Source of the DNA: an uncultured Methanomassiliicoccales archaeon
Lineage (GTDB): Archaea; Thermoplasmatota; Thermoplasmata; RBG-16-68-12; CAYFXO01
DNA: 32,000 nucleotides
Assembly: GCA_964347125.1 (NCBI GenBank)
Contig: CAYFXO010000001.1
Coordinates: forward strand, 5,557-37,556
Direction: 5' to 3'
The notes under the pieces were generated by a model, which saw only the letters and a list, made by a program, of their open reading frames with translations, had not been told where the DNA came from and searched no databases. A program made the translations under genes and the position numbers. Numbering within the stretch: position 1 is the first letter of the stretch; each line of letters begins with the position of its first letter. Positions 17,676 through 23,394 of the stretch are shown piece by piece.

Positions 17676-18665
17676 CCGCTTAACGGTGACCTTGCGGTCG
17701 GGGCCCGCGTAGGTCTTCGTGGGGAGGGGGTCCCCCTCCGTGACCTCGAACCGCCCGAGGTGCACCTCCACCCGTTCCACGTCGTCCTCCAGGGCAGGGA
17801 TCGTCCCCTCCGCCAGGGGCTGCCACAGGAGGTAGGTGATGTCGTCCACCACTTCGTCGACGAAGATGGCCTTCGCCGGCTCCGGCTCCACGGTGGCCGC
17901 GTAGATCATCGGCGAGAGGGAGACCTTCAGGTTGACGCTCAGCGTCCCGTCCTCGCGGCTGATCGTGAGGACATTCTCGCCCCCGGCGGAGCCCTCGAAG
18001 GGTCCCGCGCGGATTCGGTGCTCGTGACCGCGCCCCTCCTCCACGGAGACCGTCTCGGCCTTGAGGGACGCGACGACGTGCTCCGTGAGGGCCCGGGCCA
18101 GCTCCCCGATGGCGTCCGTACCCGACGCGGCCTCGACCTCCTTGGAGTACACGATACCCACGGAGGACTTGAAGGCGTGGAGGGTGGAGCGATAGGACAC
18201 CCGCTGCGTGACATCCACGGGGACCTCCTCCACCCCGTTCCCCTTCGCGTAGCAGCGGTAGTGGGTGCCGTTCGTGACGAGGGACACCCGGTTCCGGTCC
18301 TTCCCCGCCCGCGAGAGGAGGGTGCGGTCGTCGACACCGCTGTGGAAGACGTCCTCCGGGGAGTGGATGTGTCGGAAATCCCCGCCGTGGCCGCTCATGG
18401 ACGGGTGGGAGTGGTAGAGGCCCACGATCCCCACGTTCCGCGGGTACCGCCCTGCGACTTTCGCCTCCTCCAGGGGGTCCGCCTCCGCCCCGAAGCGGCT
18501 CTGGCGGCGGTAGACGGTGCACGGGATGGCCTCGCTGATCCGCACGGTGCCGCCTTCCTCGAAGCCCACGAGCCACCCGATGACCTCCCGCCCGCGGCGC
18601 TTCCACCCCCGCCGGGCGTGGTCTAGGAGGGCGTCCAAGGCGGACCGCTGCAGGACGACGCTCAC
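17667..18665 (-). CDS. JAB/MPN (JAMM) domain putative metallopeptidase, candidate deconjugase of the UFM1-like system
   Basis: GTG 18665 overlaps E1 stop (GTGA). MSVVLQRSALDALLDHARRGWKRRGREVIGWLVGFEEGG...VGIVGLYHSHPSMSGHGGDFRHIHSPEDVFHSGVDDRTLLSR: E, HxH and SxxD elements of JAMM. Confidence 0.85.
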   Translation of the reverse strand: MSVVLQRSALDALLDHARRGWKRRGREVIGWLVGFEEGGTVRISEAIPCTVYRRQSRFGAEADPLEEAKVAGRYPRNVGIVGLYHSHPSMSGHGGDFRHIHSPEDVFHSGVDDRTLLSRAGKDRNRVSLVTNGTHYRCYAKGNGVEEVPVDVTQRVSYRSTLHAFKSSVGIVYSKEVEAASGTDAIGELARALTEHVVASLKAETVSVEEGRGHEHRIRAGPFEGSAGGENVLTISREDGTLSVNLKVSLSPMIYAATVEPEPAKAIFVDEVVDDITYLLWQPLAEGTIPALEDDVERVEVHLGRFEVTEGDPLPTKTYAGPDRKVTVKRSK

Positions 18666-19426
18666 GGGCTCAGCCCCCCGCAGGTCGGGCATTTGGGGTC
18701 CCGCTCCCAGTCGTAGCGCTCCAGGGTGCCGTCCATCCCTTTGTACATGAGGTAGGCGGCCTGGTTCCCGAACTGGAGGAGGTACTTGAGGGCCTCCTGG
18801 CACTGGAGGCTCGCCACGATGGCCATGGTGGTGGGGAGGGAGGTGAAGTGGCAGAGGCCGGACTCATCGCGCCGGTGCTCGACCCGCCCCTCCTCCGTGG
18901 CGAGGGGCTTGTTGCAGCGGTAGCACGGGGTGCGGCCGGGGAGGATCACGTGGACGGAGCCGTTGATGCCGTCCTGGGAGGCCCCCGCGTCGATGAGGGC
19001 GCGCTTCGCGGGGACACACTTCGCGTTGAGGAACATCCGCACCTGGAAGGAGTCCACGCACCCCAGGATGAGGTCCGAGGCCTCGATCTCGCCCGCGAGG
19101 GCGTCGTACCCCTCCCCGTCCGTCACGTCGTGGGGGTGGGTCGTCACCTCCACGTCGGGGTTCGCGCGGTGGATGTAGGCCTTCATGGCGTCCACCTTCG
19201 GCATCCCGACCTGGGAGGGGTCGTAGATGAGGCGGTTGAGGTTCGCCTCCTCCAGGGTGTCGTAGTCCAGTAGGGCCAGATGGCCGACGCCGCACCGGGC
19301 GAGGATGTCCGCGGAGAGGGCGCCCAGGCCGCCGACGCCCACGATGGCGACCCGCTTGTCGACCAGGCCGGAGAAGTCGGCGAACTCGAAGAGCCGCAGG
19401 CGGGCGTAGCGCTCCGTCATATCCAC
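18662..19426 (-). CDS. UBA5-like E1 activating enzyme (ThiF/MoeB/E1 fold)
   Basis: VAIVGVGGLGALSADILARCGVGHLALLDYDTLEEANLNRLIYDPSQVGMPKVDAM...NPDVEV; CYRC...CPTC Zn pairs; ESGLCHFTSLPTTMAIVASLQCQEALKYLL matches the UBA5 catalytic-Cys region as recalled. GTG 19426 or ATG 19420 (ATGA overlap with E2 stop). Confidence 0.9.
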   Translation of the reverse strand: MDMTERYARLRLFEFADFSGLVDKRVAIVGVGGLGALSADILARCGVGHLALLDYDTLEEANLNRLIYDPSQVGMPKVDAMKAYIHRANPDVEVTTHPHDVTDGEGYDALAGEIEASDLILGCVDSFQVRMFLNAKCVPAKRALIDAGASQDGINGSVHVILPGRTPCYRCNKPLATEEGRVEHRRDESGLCHFTSLPTTMAIVASLQCQEALKYLLQFGNQAAYLMYKGMDGTLERYDWERDPKCPTCGGLSP

Positions 19427-19884
19427 CCCTTCGCCTTCATGTCATGGACCACGCTCCGGAGCCAGTAGGAGACCTCCCGCTTCAGGTAGAGGGCCATCCC
19501 CGCGTGGTCGTCCCACCAGTAGTCCTGCTCCATGTGCATGTCGCAAATCCGGAGGCCCAGGACGGGGTCGTCCAGCTTCCGGTCCGTGTAGTGCATCAGC
19601 TCGGGGATGCGGACCGCAGGGGGGGTGTGGGGGTAGGCGTCCTTGAGGACGAGCTCCAGGGTGAAGGCCTGGTCCGCCGCCCGGACCTCCCCCGTCCACC
19701 GGGTGGAATTGTGATCCCGGGCGTCCAGGGTGAACCACTCATTGCCCTCCAGGTAGCGCAGGTACTCGGAGAACTTCTGGAGGGCGTAGCGCTCCTCCTT
19801 CACCCGCGTGGGCCACGCGTCGTCCCGCGGGGAGGCGACCGTCGCGCATTGCAGGAAGTAGAAGAGGTCGTCCTCCCTAGCCAT
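19417..19884 (-). CDS. UFC1-like E2 conjugating enzyme
   Basis: PRDDAWPTRVKEERYALQKFSEYLRYLEGNEWFTLDARDHNSTRWTGEVRAADQAFTLELVLKDAYPHTPPAVRIPELMHY...LGLRICDMHMEQDYWWDDH: order of motifs (PRD..W..R.KEE, WF.L, TRW.G, YP.T.P....PEL, IC...H...W) parallels eukaryotic UFC1 as recalled. Confidence 0.85.
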   Translation of the reverse strand: MAREDDLFYFLQCATVASPRDDAWPTRVKEERYALQKFSEYLRYLEGNEWFTLDARDHNSTRWTGEVRAADQAFTLELVLKDAYPHTPPAVRIPELMHYTDRKLDDPVLGLRICDMHMEQDYWWDDHAGMALYLKREVSYWLRSVVHDMKAKGWI

Positions 19885-19888
19885 GGGC

Positions 19889-20134
19889 TCAACCGACGAT
19901 GCTCGGATCGATGACGTGGATGTTGGTGCCGCTCTGGGCCACCTCGTCCACGGTGCCGCCCTCGATGGGGGAGCCCCCGGGGAACGTGGCGGTGAGGATG
20001 GAGGGGTCGCGCCCCTGGCGCTTCGCCGCCATGACCAGGGCCTCCTGGAACAGCATGGCGTTCGGCACCTTCAGGGAAACGACGGGCTTCTCGGGGTCCG
20101 AGATGAAGACGAACCGGAGGGTCGTGTGGGTCAT
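19889..20134 (-). CDS. UFM1-like ubiquitin-fold modifier (81 aa, native C-terminal Val-Gly)
   Basis: MTHTTLRFVFISDPEKPVVSLKVPNAMLFQEALVMAAKRQGRDPSILTATFPGGSPIEGGTVDEVAQSGTNIHVIDPSIVG*; co-linear with human UFM1 (SDP..P...L.VP...F...L..AA......I....G......T...V....G..I.+I....VG, recalled). First gene of the E2-E1-JAMM operon. Confidence 0.88.
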   Translation of the reverse strand: MTHTTLRFVFISDPEKPVVSLKVPNAMLFQEALVMAAKRQGRDPSILTATFPGGSPIEGGTVDEVAQSGTNIHVIDPSIVG

Positions 20135-20165
20135 GGGGGCACCTGAAGCGAAGTAAGCGGCGGGG

Positions 20166-20174
20166 TTTATTTAG
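20166..20174 (-). promoter_or_regulatory. Candidate TATA box (CTAAATAAA) of the UFM1-like operon
   Basis: Minus-strand CCCCTAAATAAACCCC about 32-40 nt upstream of ATG 20134. Confidence 0.6.
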
Positions 20175-20230
20175 GGGTTGTGGGGCCAGGACGCCGGGTG
20201 ATTTCCAGGGCTCCGGGCCGCCGGAAAAAG

Positions 20231-20238
20231 GTATATCC
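20231..20238 (+). promoter_or_regulatory. Candidate TATA box (GTATATCC) for the GNAT gene
   Basis: AAAAAGGTATATCC about 40 nt upstream of ATG 20278. Confidence 0.5.
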
Positions 20239-20277
20239 AGCGCCGGGCCTGTGGAGGCCGTTCCGAAGGGATCGAAG

Positions 20278-21258
20278 ATGGGGAAGGCCGCCGACGTCGA
20301 GATCCGGGACTTCCGGGACGCCGACTACCCGGGCCTGCAGGAGGTCTACAACGCCACCTACCCGGAGCACCGGGAGAGCCTGGAAGAGATGAAGCACTGG
20401 GACGAGACGTGGGACCACACGCGCTACGAGCGGCGGCGGTACGTCGCGGAGACCGCCGACGGGGAGATCGTGGCCTTCGGGGAGTGGGGGCACTCGCCGG
20501 CCGTCTTCCACCCGCGGAAGTTCTGGATCGAGGTGGACGTCCACCCCTCCCAGCGGCGTCGGGGGATCGGCACCCGCCTATGGAACCACGCGGTGCGCGC
20601 CCTCGATGAGTTCGACCCGCTGCAGCTCCGGGCGAACGCGCGGGAGACGAGTCCGGAGAGCATTCGATTCCTCGAGCGTCGGGGCTTCGTGGAGGTCATG
20701 CGAACCTGGGAGTCGGTGCTAGACCTCACGGCCTTCGACCCGTCGCCGTTCGGCCGGTACTTCGAGGGGCTGGAGGACATCGAGTTCACGACCCTCGCGG
20801 CGGAGGAGGGCAGCCGCCCGGACCTCCACGAGGCCCTCTACGAGCAGGAGACCTCCTTGATGAGCGACGTCCCCCTTCCCGGACCGTACACCCCCATCTC
20901 GTTCGAGATGTTCGAAGGATGGTTCGACGACCCAGGCTCCCTGCCGGACGGCTACTTCCTCGCGAAGGAGGGGGGCGACTACGTGGGGAAGTGCGTCCTC
21001 GTCGCCCAGATGGAGTCCGAGGGCGAGCTCACCCACGGCCTCACCGGCGTCGCCAAGACCCACCGGGGACGCGGCCTCGCCATGGCCCTGAAGGTGACCG
21101 CCCTCCAGTGGGCCAAGGAGCAGGGGTACACGCGGGTGCGGACCTGGAACGACTCCATGAACGTGGGCATCCTGGCCATCAACGAGAAACTGGGGTTTCA
21201 GCGCGAGCCTGCGTGGATCACCTACGTGAAGGAGCTGGGGGGCTCGGATGACGCATAG
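20278..21258 (+). CDS. GNAT family N-acetyltransferase, tandem GNAT domains
   Basis: ATG 20278 (ORF open from 20251). VEIRDFRDADYPGLQEVYNATYP...HPSQRRRGIGTRLWNHAVRAL and second THGLTGVAKTHRGRGLAMALKVTALQWAKEQGYTRVRTWNDSMNVGILAINEKLGF. Confidence 0.9.
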   Translation: MGKAADVEIRDFRDADYPGLQEVYNATYPEHRESLEEMKHWDETWDHTRYERRRYVAETADGEIVAFGEWGHSPAVFHPRKFWIEVDVHPSQRRRGIGTRLWNHAVRALDEFDPLQLRANARETSPESIRFLERRGFVEVMRTWESVLDLTAFDPSPFGRYFEGLEDIEFTTLAAEEGSRPDLHEALYEQETSLMSDVPLPGPYTPISFEMFEGWFDDPGSLPDGYFLAKEGGDYVGKCVLVAQMESEGELTHGLTGVAKTHRGRGLAMALKVTALQWAKEQGYTRVRTWNDSMNVGILAINEKLGFQREPAWITYVKELGGSDDA

Positions 21259-22384
21259 GCCCCTGCACGTGTATGCGGCGGGCACGCCGCGGGAGGTGGG
21301 CCTGGCCCACGGCCAGGCGGCCCGGGACCTCATCGAGGCGAACCTGCAGCTGTACTTCCACCGGTTCCAGAAGGAATGGGGGCTGCCCCGAGAGGAAATC
21401 CTCCGGCGGGCACGGATGTATGAAGCGGTGATCTGGGACCAAGAACCGGACTACGGCGACGCCCTGGAAGGGGTGGCGGAGGGCTCCGGCCTCCCCCTCG
21501 AAGACCTCATCGCCCTGAATGTCCGCTACGAGATCGTCTACAGCGAGCACACGAAGCTGGGGAAGGCCCAGCGGGGGGCCCCGCCGCCTGGCGAGTGCAC
21601 GTCCTTCGCGGTCCTGCCCGAGCGCGCGGGCGGGCGCCTCGTCCTCGCCCAGAACTGGGACTGGATTCCCGGGATTCGCGGGCTCGTCCTGCAGACTCGC
21701 GTTCGCGACGGCCCGGAGGTTTTGGCCTTCACCGAGGCGGGCATCGTCGGCGGAAAGATCGGTCTGAACGAGCACCGCCTGGGCCTCCTCATCAACGGCC
21801 TCCTCTCGAACGAGGACGACTGGGAGCGGCTGGGGACGCCGTTCCACGTGCGGTGCTGGCGGGTGCTCCAATCGGAGACCGTGGACGAGGCCCGGGAACG
21901 CCTCGAAGGGTCCGCGGGGTCCTGCTCCGCGAACTTCCTCCTGGCCCAGTGGGGCGGGGGGGAGGCGGTCGCGGTGGACGTGGAGTCCTCCCCCGTGGGG
22001 ACGGCGGAGCTGCGCCCGGAGGAGGGCGTGCTGACCCACACGAACCACTTCCACTGCGAGGCGGAGCTGGGCATCTGGCAGCCCCTCATCCTCGAGAAGA
22101 CCTCCACCTTCGACCGCCACGACCGCATCGGGGCCCTCATGGCGGAGCGGTTGGGGAGCGGGACCTTCGACGCCGAGGCCGCCATCCAGCTTCTGAGCGA
22201 CCACCACGGGCGGCCGAAGTCCCTCTGCCGCCACCAGGAGGACCTGGTGGACTGGCCGGAGGAGCAGCGGTACGAGACGGTGGCCTCCGTCGTCCTGGAC
22301 CTGGACGCCCGGTCGATGCTCCTGGCCCCCGGTCCCCCCTGCGAGACGGAGTACCACCGGTATGCCCTGGAGAACGGAGGGTAG
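21248..22384 (+). CDS. C45-like peptidase / acyl-CoA:6-aminopenicillanate acyltransferase (AAT)-like Ntn hydrolase family protein
   Basis: GTPREVGLAHGQAARDLI...LEGVAEGSGLPLEDLIALNVRYE...GECTSFAVLPERAGGRLVLAQNWDW...LLINGLLSNEDDW. Confidence 0.82.
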   Translation: MTHRPLHVYAAGTPREVGLAHGQAARDLIEANLQLYFHRFQKEWGLPREEILRRARMYEAVIWDQEPDYGDALEGVAEGSGLPLEDLIALNVRYEIVYSEHTKLGKAQRGAPPPGECTSFAVLPERAGGRLVLAQNWDWIPGIRGLVLQTRVRDGPEVLAFTEAGIVGGKIGLNEHRLGLLINGLLSNEDDWERLGTPFHVRCWRVLQSETVDEARERLEGSAGSCSANFLLAQWGGGEAVAVDVESSPVGTAELRPEEGVLTHTNHFHCEAELGIWQPLILEKTSTFDRHDRIGALMAERLGSGTFDAEAAIQLLSDHHGRPKSLCRHQEDLVDWPEEQRYETVASVVLDLDARSMLLAPGPPCETEYHRYALENGG

Positions 22385-22468
22385 GTCGCCGCGGTGAGAA
22401 CGGGAGAGGAAACCTTATCCCCGCCCCGCCGGGATGGGCCCCTCACGGGACGCCCGAGGTGATATCCC

Positions 22469-23173
22469 ATGAGCTTCTGCCCGAATTGCGGGACCGGCCT
22501 GACCTACGTGGAGCAGCACAACGCCTGGTATTGCCAGCAGTGTCAGCAGTACGCCCCGCCGCCCGCGCAGCCCGCGGCGCCGGCGGCCCCCGCGGGGGGG
22601 AACGGCCTGTGGCACCAGAACCACTACCGGATTCGGAAGAAGGTCCTGACGGTGGGGAACAAGTACTGGATCGAGGACGGCGGGGGGACGGTCCTGGGCT
22701 TCAGCAAGCAGAAGCTCTTCCGGCTCAAGGAGGACATCCGCATCTTCACGGACGAAGGGATGAGCCAGGAGCTCTTCCGGGTGCACCAGCAACAGCTCGT
22801 GGACACCTGGGGCACCTTCGCGGTCTTCGACAGCGCGACGAACGCCTACCTGGGGGCGATCCGCCGGAAGATGATGGCCTCCATCATCCGGGACGAGTGG
22901 GAGGTGTACGACGCCCAGAACCAGCTCGTCGCGGGGATCTACGAGAAGGCCGGGAGGGGGTTGGCGCGGCGGTTGCTGCCGGGCGGGGCCCTCATCCCGG
23001 AGAAGCTGACGCTCACGTTCCAGGGGGCGCCCGTCGCGGAGATCGACCAGCAGTTCAAGGTCATCGGGGACATCTGGGACCTGAAGTGCATGAACCTCCC
23101 GCCCTACCTGGACCGCCGGGTGGTGCTGGGAGGGCTCCTGCTCATGGGGATGGTGGAGCGGGACAAGAAGTAG
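22469..23173 (+). CDS. Zinc-ribbon plus LURP-one-related/scramblase-like domain protein
   Basis: MSFCPNCGTGLTYVEQHNAWYCQQCQQY then NHYRIRKKVLTVGNKYWIEDGGGTVLGFSKQKLFRLKEDIRIFTD...VYDAQNQLVAGIYEK...IDQQFKVIGDIW. Confidence 0.78.
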   Translation: MSFCPNCGTGLTYVEQHNAWYCQQCQQYAPPPAQPAAPAAPAGGNGLWHQNHYRIRKKVLTVGNKYWIEDGGGTVLGFSKQKLFRLKEDIRIFTDEGMSQELFRVHQQQLVDTWGTFAVFDSATNAYLGAIRRKMMASIIRDEWEVYDAQNQLVAGIYEKAGRGLARRLLPGGALIPEKLTLTFQGAPVAEIDQQFKVIGDIWDLKCMNLPPYLDRRVVLGGLLLMGMVERDKK

Positions 23174-23195
23174 GCGGGACCCGCCGTGGTTAGAG

Positions 23196-23269
23196 TGGAC
23201 CCAGCGGGATTTGAACCCGCGGCCTCCAGCTTGCGAAGCTGGCGATCTTCCAGGCTGATCTATGGGCCC
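23196..23269 (-). tRNA. tRNA-Ala, anticodon CGC
   Basis: Minus strand GGGCCCATAGATCAGCCTGGAAGATCGCCAGCTTCGCAAGCTGGAGGCCGCGGGTTCAAATCCCGCTGGGTCCA: 7-bp acceptor with G3:U70, D stem GATC/GATC, anticodon stem CCAGC/GCTGG with loop TTCGCAA, T-loop GTTCAAATCCC. Confidence 0.95.
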
Positions 23270-23344
23270 GCACCCGCGGTGAGACCCGGCGGCGGTAAAT
23301 AGGTTTCGCGATGGAGGTGGCCCCTTCCAGCCCCGAAAAAGCCC

Positions 23345-23352
23345 TTAAATAG
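23345..23352 (+). promoter_or_regulatory. Candidate TATA box (TTAAATAG) for the giant subtilisin-like gene
   Basis: GCCCTTAAATAGACTG; downstream GGAGGAG before TTG 23419. Confidence 0.6.
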
Positions 23353-23394
23353 ACTGCGCCTATCTACACGTCCCCGCGGGCGTCCAGTCCGTGG

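Noticed and set aside
17667-18803. Upstream-extended 378-aa version of the JAMM protein
   Set aside because: N-terminal MPGGPQVPPPVREPGRL... is out-of-frame readthrough of the E1 gene. The GTG at 18665 (GTGA overlap) gives a motif-consistent start.
18662-19426. Interpretation of the E1-like protein as ordinary MoeB/ThiF
   Set aside because: The GLCHFTSLPTTM active-site segment, the DYD.LEEANLNRL region, and its immediate linkage to UFM1-like and UFC1-like genes fit UBA5 better. Phylogeny is still needed.
23221-23260. CCAGCTTGCGAAGCTGG palindrome as a terminator or regulatory hairpin
   Set aside because: It is the anticodon arm of tRNA-Ala(CGC).
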